Shown piece by piece: positions 41,914-52,185 of a stretch of DNA of 64,000 nt (within the stretch, counting starts at the first letter, position 1; each line of letters begins with the position of its first letter). Source of the stretch: an uncultured delta proteobacterium (lineage in GTDB: Bacteria; Desulfobacterota; Zymogenia; Zymogenales; Zymogenaceae). The position numbers were made by a program, and so were the translations under genes. The stretch is taken from assembly GCA_963735595.1 (NCBI GenBank), contig CAVTLK010000004.1, forward strand, positions 320,001-384,000, read 5' to 3'. A model generated the notes under the pieces. That model had not been told where the DNA came from. It worked only from the letters and a program-made list of their open reading frames with translations, and did no database searches.

Positions 41914-42918
41914 CTATTTGCTCTCTTCTACCGGCGCCTCCGCCTTGAAGGTCTCGTCGGCCCTCGTGAGGACGGACTCGGGAATGGTCACACCCATCGC
42001 CGCGGCCGAATCGAGGTTCACATACAGGAGGAGGTCTTCCAACATCTCCGTGGGCATCTCGCCCGGGTTCTTGCCCTTCAGGATCTCCACGGCCATTCTC
42101 CCGGTTTGTTTGCCGAGGAGGTAATAGTCGATGGCTAACGCGGCGATAGCACCGCGCGGCACGGAATCGACATCCGCGGCGAACAGGGGGATCTTGTTAT
42201 CGGTGCAGACCTTGGTGATGGCTTCAAACGCCGAAACCACGGTATTGTCGGTGGGGATATGGATAGCGTCGACCTTGCCGACCAGGGACTCGGCGGCCAT
42301 CATGACCTCGCTGGAGTTCGTGACGGTTGCCTCGACGATCTCGATGCCGAGCTTGGCGCCCTCATCCTGGACCTGTTTGAGGGAGGTCAGGGAGTTGGAC
42401 TCGCCGGCGTTGTAGATGAAGCCGAGCTTCTTGACGCCCGGAATGATTTCTTTGATGAGCTCAAGCTGCCTGTCGGCCGGGGAGAGGTCAGACGTGCCGG
42501 TAACGTTTTTTCCGCCGCCGTCGAGGGAATCAACGAGTCCCGCCCCTACGGGGTCGGTTATCGCCGAGAAGACAACGGGGATCTCGGTGGTTGCCTTGAC
42601 GACCGTCTGAGAAGAAGGGGTGGCGATCGTGAGGATCAGGTCCGGATTTTCGCCGACGAGCTTCTCGGCTATCTGAGCGGCGATGCCGAAATCGGCCTGC
42701 GCGAAGTTGACGTCGTACGTGACGTTTTCTCCTTCGACGTAACCTTCCTCCTTGAGGTAGTCGATGAAGCCGTTTCTCACCGCGTCCAGAGCCGGGTGCT
42801 CAACAAACTGCGAGATTCCGATGACGTAATGTTTCTTTTCCTTTGCGCATCCGGTAAGGCCTACCGCCAGCGGAACGATAAGGGCCATGATTGCGACGAT
42901 CAATAGAATTCGTTTCAT
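41914..42918 (-). CDS. ABC substrate-binding lipoprotein (COG2984, aromatic amino-acid type)
   Basis: Lipobox LTG-C; QFVEHPALD, ATP, TDPVGAGLV, NVTGTSD and PTDNTV. Confidence 0.9.
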   Translation of the reverse strand: MKRILLIVAIMALIVPLAVGLTGCAKEKKHYVIGISQFVEHPALDAVRNGFIDYLKEEGYVEGENVTYDVNFAQADFGIAAQIAEKLVGENPDLILTIATPSSQTVVKATTEIPVVFSAITDPVGAGLVDSLDGGGKNVTGTSDLSPADRQLELIKEIIPGVKKLGFIYNAGESNSLTSLKQVQDEGAKLGIEIVEATVTNSSEVMMAAESLVGKVDAIHIPTDNTVVSAFEAITKVCTDNKIPLFAADVDSVPRGAIAALAIDYYLLGKQTGRMAVEILKGKNPGEMPTEMLEDLLLYVNLDSAAAMGVTIPESVLTRADETFKAEAPVEESK

Positions 42919-43053
42919 ACGAGCCTCTCCTTTTATACTGTTTATCTGCTTTATGTACATATGATCACCCTTTATAGCAGCGGGTAACCATACTCACGTA
43001 AGAAGACGGTATACGTCGGTACATGTGGACGCGTCTGCTAAAATAATACGGTA

Positions 43054-43488
43054 CTAGGCCCTGGTGATCTCCACAAATTCCTTCAGCGGTGAGGATCCGG
43101 GCCAGGCCGGGTAGAAGATAAAATCCCGTTTAACGATAGATGTCTTCGGGATGAGATAGTGTACGCCGAGGATCCCCATGAAGAGCTTTGAGAAGAACAT
43201 CCCGAGGCAAACGTCAAAGCCGGTGCTTGCCATGACGACTGTTCCGGTATATTTCTTTCTCAGAAGAAAGTAGGTCAGCTCAAGCCCCGCCAGCTGGTGT
43301 TCCATCGAAACGTCGGTCACAACGACCCGGTAGTGGTCAAGCCCCTTGTCGTTTAATATACCGATGCCTTGTTTGGCCGATACGGCGAGATCGATCAGAT
43401 ACCCGTATTTTCCGAAGAACTCGGAGATGAGGTTGGCATATTTAGCGCGATCATCCACCAGAAGCAGTTTTTTGGCTACTGACTGCAT
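43054..43488 (-). CDS. Single-domain response regulator receiver
   Basis: LLLVDD, VVTDVSM and YLIPK. Confidence 0.75.
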   Translation of the reverse strand: MQSVAKKLLLVDDRAKYANLISEFFGKYGYLIDLAVSAKQGIGILNDKGLDHYRVVVTDVSMEHQLAGLELTYFLLRKKYTGTVVMASTGFDVCLGMFFSKLFMGILGVHYLIPKTSIVKRDFIFYPAWPGSSPLKEFVEITRA

Positions 43489-43637
43489 ACCCGAAAACCC
43501 TTCCTTCGTTGTCGGCCCCGTGTGGAGACGTCGACCAATGATTCGCGCCGGCGCCGATGCGGCAAAAATACCTGAATATATTTAACTTATAAATATAGAT
43601 ACGTATCATACATCGAACGTACCGTCAAGGGAAAAGC

Positions 43638-43666
43638 TTGACTTGCCGGAACCGGTACGGTATTAT
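43638..43666 (+). promoter_or_regulatory. Sigma70-type promoter
   Basis: TTGACT-17 nt-TATTAT in an AT-rich divergent intergenic region. Confidence 0.65.
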
Positions 43667-43721
43667 AAAAGCAATACTTTTGCCGATGTAAAGTAATAAC
43701 TTTCCAGTCTATTTTGGTATT

Positions 43722-43770
43722 CTATCCACATCTTGTGTATATTTCTGTGGATAACTACAATATCTTGAAA
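43722..43770. promoter_or_regulatory. Tandem NrdR-like boxes interleaved with DnaA-like boxes
   Basis: TATCCACATCTTGTGT (43723-43738) and CTACAATATCTTGAAA (43755-43770) start 32 bp apart. TGTGGATAA (43746-43754) is a consensus DnaA box; CTATCCACA and TGTGTATAT each have one mismatch. Confidence 0.5.
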
Positions 43771-43809
43771 TCTGTTTCAGTGCAATCGGATAGCTTTTGA
43801 GGAATACCT

Positions 43810-44280
43810 ATGCGACGACGAATCGTTGTTCTCCTGTCTCTCATCGCGGCCTTCTTTGCCGCCGGTCTGCTTGGCGCCGCCGACCTTAAAGACGTCTATG
43901 AGGGCGCCCAGCGTGACTTCAGGCGAGGGCAGTATGAGGGGGCTCTGGCCGGGTGGACGCGTATCATTTCGCCCGAGCCGACCGATACCGGCGGCGAGAT
44001 GATCGATCCCGCGCCGGTCTATTTCAACCGGGGCCTGACCTTTAAGAAGCTCCTCATGTGGAAAGAGGCCGCCGATGATTTTTCGATGGTCGTGGGTTTC
44101 AATCCTAACGACGCGGATGCCCTGTATCAGCGGGGCGGCTGCTACCTGATGCTCGGTCTTCCCGACAAGGGGGAAGCCGATATCCTGAGGGCGTGCGAGC
44201 TCAAGGACGGCTATTGCACCGAGAAGATGCTCCAGCAGAAACGGGAGAAGGGAAAGGGGAACCGGGGGGGAAACCGATGA
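43810..44280 (+). CDS. Exported tetratricopeptide-repeat protein
   Basis: Signal peptide; YFNRG...A..DF...NP.DADALYQRG pattern. Confidence 0.8.
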   Translation: MRRRIVVLLSLIAAFFAAGLLGAADLKDVYEGAQRDFRRGQYEGALAGWTRIISPEPTDTGGEMIDPAPVYFNRGLTFKKLLMWKEAADDFSMVVGFNPNDADALYQRGGCYLMLGLPDKGEADILRACELKDGYCTEKMLQQKREKGKGNRGGNR

Positions 44281-44846
44281 GCGGATGCGGGATCACCAGG
44301 GACAAGGCTATGACGCTTCTGAAAGAACGGCTCTCCGATCAGGTCCTGATCAAGCACAGCCTTGCCACCGAGGCGATCATGCGGCACCTCGCCGACCGAT
44401 TCGGCGCTGACCCCGAGACATGGGGTATCGCCGGACTCCTTCATGACCTAGACTATACCGAGACAAAGGATACGCCGGAACGACACGGCCTTGTGACGGA
44501 GACGATCCTCAAGCAGGCCGGGGTATCTGACGAGATCATCGAGGCTATCAAAAGCCACAACGCCGAAGCCCTCGGCATCCAGCGTTCCGCCCCCTTCCAT
44601 TTCGCCCTGACCGCAGCCGAAAACCTCACGGGGCTGATCGTCGCCACGGCCCTGGTCCAGCCGGACAAGAAAATCGCCCAGGTGAAGCCCTCATCGGTCG
44701 TAAAAAGGATGAAGGAGAAGGGTTTCGCCCGATCCGTCTCCCGGGAAGGAATCCTGCTGTGCGAGCAAATCGGAATGCCGCTGGACGAATTTGTTACCGT
44801 AAGTCTGAAGGCGATGGGATCGGTCGCGGGAGAACTGGGACTGTAG
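44277..44846 (+). CDS. HD-domain (HDIG / COG2316-like) metal-dependent phosphohydrolase
   Basis: KHSLATEA, GLLHDLDY, RHG, AIKSHN, K.FARSVSR; ATGA overlap with the upstream gene. Confidence 0.88.
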   Translation: MSGCGITRDKAMTLLKERLSDQVLIKHSLATEAIMRHLADRFGADPETWGIAGLLHDLDYTETKDTPERHGLVTETILKQAGVSDEIIEAIKSHNAEALGIQRSAPFHFALTAAENLTGLIVATALVQPDKKIAQVKPSSVVKRMKEKGFARSVSREGILLCEQIGMPLDEFVTVSLKAMGSVAGELGL

Positions 44847-44927
44847 GTCAGGCCGTCGGGACTATATGACTCCGCCGCGGTGGATCGGACGGCCCCGAAC
44901 GGGGATTCGTCGAATAAGGAATTCACG

Positions 44928-47738
44928 ATGATCTCTCGGCATCCTGCGCTCGAAAAGGCCGTATTCATAGGGGTCGGGCTTCTTCTATTCCTGCCGGCTT
45001 CTGCCGATCTTCTCTATTCGTCCGAACCCCCCCAGCCGGTCGTGGTAACGTCCGTCGGTATGGGGGTGCCGCCGGGGAAGACAGAGCCGCCGGAGTCGTC
45101 TCCCGCGCCGACCGGGGCGGTTGAAGACGCCGGGAAGAAGGCGATCCTCTCCTACCTCTATACAATCCTCGGTCCTGGAGGAGTTCCTCCGACTCAAAGA
45201 CGCCGTTGATACGCTGATCCTGCCGCACTATCCGAGCTATATTACAAAAGATCGAAATCCTATCCCTATCGGAGCTGCCCGGGGAAGATACGGCGGTGCT
45301 GTCGGCGGCCGTTACCATCGACGCCGCCGCCCTTTCCGGGTACCTTGAAAACATTAGGAAACTCGAAGGCAAGCCGCAGGCACCGCGGACCCTTTCGACC
45401 GCGGAAAAGGAGATCCTCACATCAAAGGCCCAGGCGATCTATATCCAGGGGGAGGTCGCCTCCGATATTCTCCTGGATCGGCTGCGGGGGGTCGAATCGT
45501 TCCTGTCGGCCAAAACCCTTTTCGAGACGGCAGAATCGACGGAAGGCGTGTACCGCTGCCACATGGGCATCGGGAGGGCGTACGCGTCCCTGGGAGACGT
45601 TGCGGCGGCACGGATTGAGTATAACCGGGCGCTGGAACTCGCGGTAGGCCTCAAACGGGCCGATTACGCGGCCGCCGTCCGGATCGCCCGTGCGCGCCTT
45701 ATGGCCGCGTGCCGGCGACCTGGTTGGGGCGGATCGGGAGATCGGCAAGGTTCTCAATGATCCGTCTGTTTCGGCAATACGACGGAATAATCGCGAGAAG
45801 CGTTACTGCTCGATGCCGAGATCGACTACCGGGCGGCCGACTATGAGTCGGCCGGGGCAACGCTCGGACGCGCTATCGGGGTCCTTGAGGGGATTACCGA
45901 CGTCAAGCGCCTGACGCAGGCCCAGCTTGCTCATGGGGCTGGTCCTCGTTGCCGAACGGGACGGCCCGGGGGCCGTTGCAGTCGTTTAAGCTCGCAAAGA
46001 GCCTGGCGGTAAAGTATGACGATGATATTTCCGCCGCCAAGGCCCTCATCGGGATGGCCAGGGCCTTCAGGATAGCGGGGGACCCGAAGACGGCCACCTT
46101 GTATCTTGCCGACGCGCTCAAGACTGCCCGGGACTCCGGGTGGACGGCAGGCGAGATCGCCTGCCTGTGCGAGAAGGCCTACACTCAGGGAGAGCTGGGG
46201 CAATACCGCGGACGCCGAAACGGCGGCCGCCGACGCCCATGCCCTGGCGCTGTCCGCGAAGACCCCGCGCTCATGGCCGCGACCTACCTTGTCCTGGGGG
46301 AGGTTTCACGCGCCGCCGGTGACAGCGGTGCCGCCTTTGACGCCCTTGTTCGTGCATCGAGACCTCGTCGGACATCAGGGTCGTCGGCCGGGACGTGCCC
46401 TTCCTTTTCTTCGGCGATGCCCATCGGGAGGCGGCCCTGACTCACCTCCTTCTTCTTTCGGCCGAGACCGGTAAAGAGAAACGGGCCGTTGCCGCCACTG
46501 CCGGCTACGAGGGGGCGAAGGTCGCGCGGGAAGCCCTGTGGGGCCTCCCGGCCCTGCCGAGCCGGGACGCGGGGCTGATGCGGCTCTTTCGCGATGCCGC
46601 GATGCGCGCGATCGCGGCCGAGGACGTATCGATCGGCGGAGAATACGTCACGTTTTCCGATACCTCGGGCACCGAATCGTTGCGGCTGTTGGACGAGGCG
46701 CGCCGATCCCTAGACGCCGTCAAGGCGCGGATTGCCCGAGAGTCGCCGCGATTTGCCGTTTGGATGGGGATTATCAATCCCAACCCCGCCGAATCGTCGC
46801 GCCGTCTGCCCGCCGCCGCGGCCCTCGTCCATTACGTGCTGAATTCCGAGGGCGCCTGCGCCCTGGTCATGACCTCGATGGGAGTATCGATCGTTCGGCT
46901 CCCGGAAGGATACGAAGACATATCGGCAGCGCTCGCGCGGCTCGAAGAGGCCGCCGGGTCGCTCAGGATCGGGACCGCGGGCGAGATCCCTCTTGATTTT
47001 ACGGAGGCTTCCACCTCTTTCACGTCGATGCTGGTGTCTCCGATACTTCACGAGCTTGCCGGCATAACGACGATAGGGATATCGCCGGCGGGTATCTCGC
47101 CGGCGGGGATATCGCCGGGAGGAACGCTCCGGTCGCTCCCGATACAGGCCCTCGGGCGCTACAACGACGAGGGGCGGTTCGGCTTCCTGGGGGAGGGATA
47201 TGCCCTGTTCGGTACGTCATGGCTCTCCCCGTCGACGGCGGGCTTTTCGCCGGCCGGAGACAATGCCGCCGGCCCTGACATCCTCGTGGTTGGGGAGATA
47301 GACCTCCCGGGCACCGAAGTGACTGACGATGCCGCCGAGCCGGCGGCATCGGACGGTACGGACGGCGTCCAATCACGGTCGCCCGATGATGGAGGTACCG
47401 CACGCATCGCCCATTGTACCCCGGACTTTCCCTGGTGGGATTCACAGGGAAGGCTCATCGTGTTTCCTGAAACGGGCGTATGGGGTGAGTCGGATTTCTC
47501 CCGAATCGAGTATCTGTCCTATCTGTCGGCCCAACCCGTTATGGTGATTCCTGGGGAGGTTGGGCCGGATGAAGTCTCGGCCTTCCTGAGGGAGACGATT
47601 GCCGCCTCGAGCGGCAGGGCGATCCTCTTCGGTTACGCCGACGCGGTACGGATCTCTGCTATGGACTCCCGATCCGGGGGGCCAACCGGCTGGATCCGAT
47701 TTAACCTGATAAGCGATTTTGTGAGCGCAAGCAAATGA
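44928..47738 (+). CDS. TPR protein with a degenerate CHAT-like C-terminal region; multiple frameshifts between 45150 and 46400
   Basis: N-terminal hydrophobic segment; TPR-like helices across joined frames; L.GI..I.ISP.G.L..LP.QAL resembles the start of a CHAT domain. Confidence 0.55.
47076..47120 (+). repeat. Three 15-nt tandem repeats encoding GISPA-GISPA-GISPG
   Basis: GGGATATCGCCGGCG GGTATCTCGCCGGCG GGGATATCGCCGGGA. Confidence 0.85.
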
Positions 47739-50700
47739 AGCGAACCTATGTAGTGGTGACTGCAATTCTGATTATGCTGGCGGCGCCCGTGCCCCTGTCG
47801 TGGGGGCAATCGGACAACCCCGACTACCTCTCGGCAATGTCCCGGGGAGACTTCTACCTGAACAATGGGGAATATGCCGAGGCGCTCAGGCAATTCGAGG
47901 CGGCCAAAGCCGCCGCCCCCGGAGATCCGCGCCCGAAGAACATGATCGGCCGCGTTTACCTCAAGATGGGAGATACCGAGGGGGCGATTCGATCCTTCCG
48001 GGAGGCCGTCGCCGGTGAACCCCGATACTTCGAGGGCTTCTTCAATCTCGGCAAGACCTACCTCGAGGTCAAGCGGTTCCGTGACGCGGTTGAAAGCCTC
48101 TCGCGGGCCGTCGATCTCGTGCCTGATTCGTTTATCGCCTTCAATTACCTCGGCGACGCGTTTATAGGGGCGGGGGATCGGGACGGTGCGCTCTCTGCCT
48201 ATAATCGCGCCGTCGATATCAAGCCAGACTATACCGAGGCCTATATAAAGATCGGGAACCTGCTTGCGGCCGAAGGCCTGGCCGAGGAGGCGGTGGCCAC
48301 GTATAAGAAGGCGGCGGAGACTACCGGTGGGTCGCCGGAGGGATTGATGCTCCTGGCGCGGCTCTCTTTTGACCTGGGGAACTTCCCCCAGGCCAAGGAG
48401 GCACTGGACTCGGTGCTTTCGTCTGACCCCGCGAACTTCGATGCCCTGATGCTGGCGGCCAGAACCGCCGTTGCCATGGGCGACTCGAAAACGGGGATCG
48501 GCTATCTTGAGCGCGCCGAAAAGCTCAGGTCTACCGATGCGAACGTCTATATCCTCAAGGGAGAGATATTCTCGGCCCGAAAGGAATACGCGGACGCCGT
48601 AAGGGTGCTCACGAAGGCCCTGTCACTTGCCGGAGACAACCCGGACGTCCTGATCAACCTGGGTAAGACTTACCTGGTGACCGGAGACGCCGACGAAGCG
48701 ATAACGACCTTTTCCCGTGCGTTGGCTCTGGCGCCGAGAAACGCCGACGTTCACTACGGCCTCGGCGCCGCCTATCTCAAGAAGGGCGAAAACGTCATGG
48801 CCGAGCAGTTCCTGAACGACGCGGTGGCGCTGGACCCCACGCACTATCTTGCCTACGACGAGCTCGGGACGACGCTGCTGGCCGAGGGGAGGTCCCGGGA
48901 CGCGATGACGGCCTACCTCCGGGCCGTGGAGATCAAGCCCGACTTTGTTGACGGCTATGACCATATCGGCAGGGTAGCGCTGGCAATTGGGGACATCGAT
49001 CGGGCAATATCGGTCTACGAATCGGTATTGACGATACGCCCCGACTTCTATCCCGCCTACCTGGCAATCGGTAGGTCGTATGCCTCTTTCGGCAGATTCG
49101 CGGATGCCGTATCCACCCTCGAAAAGGTCATCAAGCTCAAGCGCGATTATTATGAGGCGTACGTGGAGCTTTCCCAGGTCTACTCGAAAATGGGAGAGAC
49201 GAAAAAAGCGATCGCGGCCATCGACAAGGCCGTCAAGATAAACCCGGGATACGCCCCCGCCTACTATTACAAGGCCAGGATCTACGTGGAAGGCGGCGAT
49301 CTCAAATCAGCCGTCGCCTCCTACCGGAAGGCGGTCGATACCGACCCGAAATATACCGACGCCTACCTTTCCCTCGGCAATCTGATGACCTTCCTCGGAC
49401 AGAAAGAAGCCGCGATAGAGACCTACCGCACGGTTATCGAGATCGATCCCAAGAACACCTCCGCCCTCTACGCGCTGGCCGATATCTATGTCAATTCGGG
49501 CGAAAAGACCAACGGCATGGCGCTCCTGGACATGGCGCTCAAGATAGACCCCCGTTTCTTCGACGCCCTCATCCTCTCGGCGGAGACGTACCTGGATAAC
49601 CGGGAGCTGGACTCGGCAATGGACTATTATGAGCGGGCCAAGACCATCGACCCGGGTAATTCCCGCTCCTACAAGGGGATCGGAAAGGTCTATTACTACC
49701 GGGAACAGTACGATGATTCGATCGCGGCCTACGAGGAATCGCTGAGGCTTAACCCCGATCAGTTCGTCGTCTACTACAGCCTCGGCCAGGTCTATTGGAA
49801 GCTCGGGGATACCGACCGGGCTTTCGAAAACTACGACCAGTCGGTCGAGCTCTCGCCCGATAACTATATGGCCTACTACCAGATCGGAATTCTGAAGCTG
49901 GAAGCCAACGATACCGCAAGCGCCGTTGAGTATTTCACGAAGGCGGTATCGTATTCGCCGGAGTTCGTGGACGGCCTGTATATGCTCGCGCTTGCCTACC
50001 ACCGGCTCGGGAGCTACGATGAGGGCGCCGACGCCCTCAAACAGGCGCTTGCGGTAAAGCCCGATAACCGGGACGCGATGGTATTGCTGGGCCAGTGCTA
50101 TTTCGACGGGGGTACGTACGAGAAAGCGCTGGAGGTCTTCAGCGAGGTTCTGGCCAAGGAACCCGGCGATGTGAAGTCGATGCTCTATATCGCGGAGTGT
50201 TATTCGAACACCGGGCAGTACAAGCTGGCGGTGGACACGATCTGGAAGGCGCTTGAGATCGAGCCGGATAACGCCGATCTCTATTTTGTGCTCGGCACGA
50301 ACTACGTCAAGCTCGCCTCCTACGACGAGGCGATCTCGGCCTTCAACAACGTCGTTCGCATCCTGCCCGATAATTACAAGGCCCATTACAACCTCGGCAT
50401 TATCTTCGCGGTCAGGGGATGGTCGGAGGAGGCGATGCTCTCGCTGAAGCGCTGCCTTTCCATTATGCCCGACTACGAGCCGGCCGTCCAGAAGCTCCGG
50501 GAGTTCAACGCCGGCCTTATGGAAAGCTACCCCGATGACGTTCGGCCCTATATCGACCTGGGCGACGGGCTGAGGCTCGCCGGAAAATACGAAGAGGCCA
50601 TACCTCACCTCGAGCGGGCCCGATCAATGGCCCCCGACAATACGGAGGTATACTTCCTGTTGGGCCAGTGCTATTCCCGCATCGGCCAGTACGACAGGGC

Positions 50701-51238
50701 CCTCGAGTACCTGGCGGCGGCACTGGCCGCAAAACCGGATAACTACGCGGCCATGCTCGAGATCGCCAAGACCTACGAGGCGGTCGGCGATCCCGATAAG
50801 GCGAAGTCCTCTTACCTTGCCCTTGCCAAGCTCAGGCCCGATGATTACGCCACCTACCGGGCAATCGGCGATTACTACCTCAGATCAGGCAGCGTCAACA
50901 GCGCCCTTACCTACTATGAGAAGGGCCTGTCCCTTGACCCGAGCGATTACACGCTCTGGGCCGACACGGCCCTTATCTACGCACGGGAAAATAAGAAACT
51001 CGAGCGGGCAAAGAAATGCGCCGACCGGTCGTTGGTCCTCAAGGCCGAGAATTCCCTCGGCACGAAGGCTCTCGGCTATATCTACTACCGGATGAAGAAA
51101 TACTCCGAGGCGGCCAGATACCTGACGGCGGCGAAGAACGCACTCCCCGATGACGCGGAAATCGCCGAGCTGTTGGGGACGATCGCCGAAAAGAGAGAGA
51201 CCGAGGCGAAGCCGGCGGACAAAAAAACAAATAAGTGA
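47735..51238 (+). CDS. Large exported TPR solenoid protein (about 33 repeats)
   Basis: Signal peptide followed by continuous 34-aa TPR periodicity over about 1120 aa. Confidence 0.92.
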   Translation: MKRTYVVVTAILIMLAAPVPLSWGQSDNPDYLSAMSRGDFYLNNGEYAEALRQFEAAKAAAPGDPRPKNMIGRVYLKMGDTEGAIRSFREAVAGEPRYFEGFFNLGKTYLEVKRFRDAVESLSRAVDLVPDSFIAFNYLGDAFIGAGDRDGALSAYNRAVDIKPDYTEAYIKIGNLLAAEGLAEEAVATYKKAAETTGGSPEGLMLLARLSFDLGNFPQAKEALDSVLSSDPANFDALMLAARTAVAMGDSKTGIGYLERAEKLRSTDANVYILKGEIFSARKEYADAVRVLTKALSLAGDNPDVLINLGKTYLVTGDADEAITTFSRALALAPRNADVHYGLGAAYLKKGENVMAEQFLNDAVALDPTHYLAYDELGTTLLAEGRSRDAMTAYLRAVEIKPDFVDGYDHIGRVALAIGDIDRAISVYESVLTIRPDFYPAYLAIGRSYASFGRFADAVSTLEKVIKLKRDYYEAYVELSQVYSKMGETKKAIAAIDKAVKINPGYAPAYYYKARIYVEGGDLKSAVASYRKAVDTDPKYTDAYLSLGNLMTFLGQKEAAIETYRTVIEIDPKNTSALYALADIYVNSGEKTNGMALLDMALKIDPRFFDALILSAETYLDNRELDSAMDYYERAKTIDPGNSRSYKGIGKVYYYREQYDDSIAAYEESLRLNPDQFVVYYSLGQVYWKLGDTDRAFENYDQSVELSPDNYMAYYQIGILKLEANDTASAVEYFTKAVSYSPEFVDGLYMLALAYHRLGSYDEGADALKQALAVKPDNRDAMVLLGQCYFDGGTYEKALEVFSEVLAKEPGDVKSMLYIAECYSNTGQYKLAVDTIWKALEIEPDNADLYFVLGTNYVKLASYDEAISAFNNVVRILPDNYKAHYNLGIIFAVRGWSEEAMLSLKRCLSIMPDYEPAVQKLREFNAGLMESYPDDVRPYIDLGDGLRLAGKYEEAIPHLERARSMAPDNTEVYFLLGQCYSRIGQYDRALEYLAAALAAKPDNYAAMLEIAKTYEAVGDPDKAKSSYLALAKLRPDDYATYRAIGDYYLRSGSVNSALTYYEKGLSLDPSDYTLWADTALIYARENKKLERAKKCADRSLVLKAENSLGTKALGYIYYRMKKYSEAARYLTAAKNALPDDAEIAELLGTIAEKRETEAKPADKKTNK

Positions 51239-51322
51239 AGGTCCGGCGACCGACGTCGTCGGCACGACGCCGACCGTGGGAGAACCTGCGGCGGTTCGTG
51301 TCTTAGTGAAAGGAGCCATGCC

Positions 51323-52185
51323 ATGACGTTCAAGACCCAGCACGAAGCCCAGGGTGAGCTGTCCCACATTCGCAGGGCGGCAGAACACGTCCTCCTAAAG
51401 ACAAACCTCCGCCCGAAAACGGCCGTTATCCTCGGCACGGGACTTTCGGGGATCGGCCAATTCATGGAGGCTGACGTTTCTCTCCCGTACGGGGAAATAC
51501 CCAGTTTCCCCGTATCGACCGTTCGGGGCACCCGGGGATTTTACATATGGGGCGCATCGGCGGCGTGGAGGCGGCGGTGATGGAGGGGCGTTTTCACCTC
51601 TATGAGGGCTATGAGCCCTCGGAGATCGCCCTGCCGATCCGGGTGCTGTCCGTTATGGGGATCGAACGGCTCATCGTCACCAACTCGGCAGGCGGGCTTA
51701 ACCCCCTGTTTGCCGCCGGAGAGATCATGGTTATCCATGACCATATAAACGCGACGGGGGTAAATCCGCTGGTCGGCGTCAACTTGGAGGTGGTCGGCCC
51801 GCGCTTCCCGGATATGTCGCGCGCCTACGACCGGGCGTTTATCGAGATCGCCGAGGCCGAGGCGCAGCGCCTCGGTATTCGCGTCAACCGGGGGGTCTAT
51901 GTCGGGATACTGGGACCGAGCCTGGAGACGCCCGCCGAGACCCGGATGTACCGGTCGTTCGGGGCCGACGCCCTCGGCATGTCCACGGTCATGGAGGTGA
52001 TCGCCGCGCGCCATGCGGGGATGCGGGTGCTGGGGCTTTCGATGATCGCCAACGTCAACCTGCCGGACGCCATGGAGCCGATCCTGATCGACGACATCAT
52101 CGCCACGGTCGGTAAAACGGGAGGAGTCTGATCAGGCTGATTGCAGCGGTTACTCAACCGGATGGAGGAAGAGACCGATCTATGA
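51323..52185 (+). CDS. punA: Purine-nucleoside phosphorylase (trimeric PNP/PunA/XapA family); frameshifts near 51530 and 52125
   Basis: VILGTGL, YGEIP.FPVSTV.GH, GRFHLYEG, TNSAGG, RFPDMS, GPSLETPAE and GMSTV.E. Confidence 0.85.

Noticed and set aside
43560..43800. Replication origin
   Set aside because: Only one exact DnaA box, a short region, and no dnaA, dnaN, gidA or parAB nearby; a regulatory role is more plausible.
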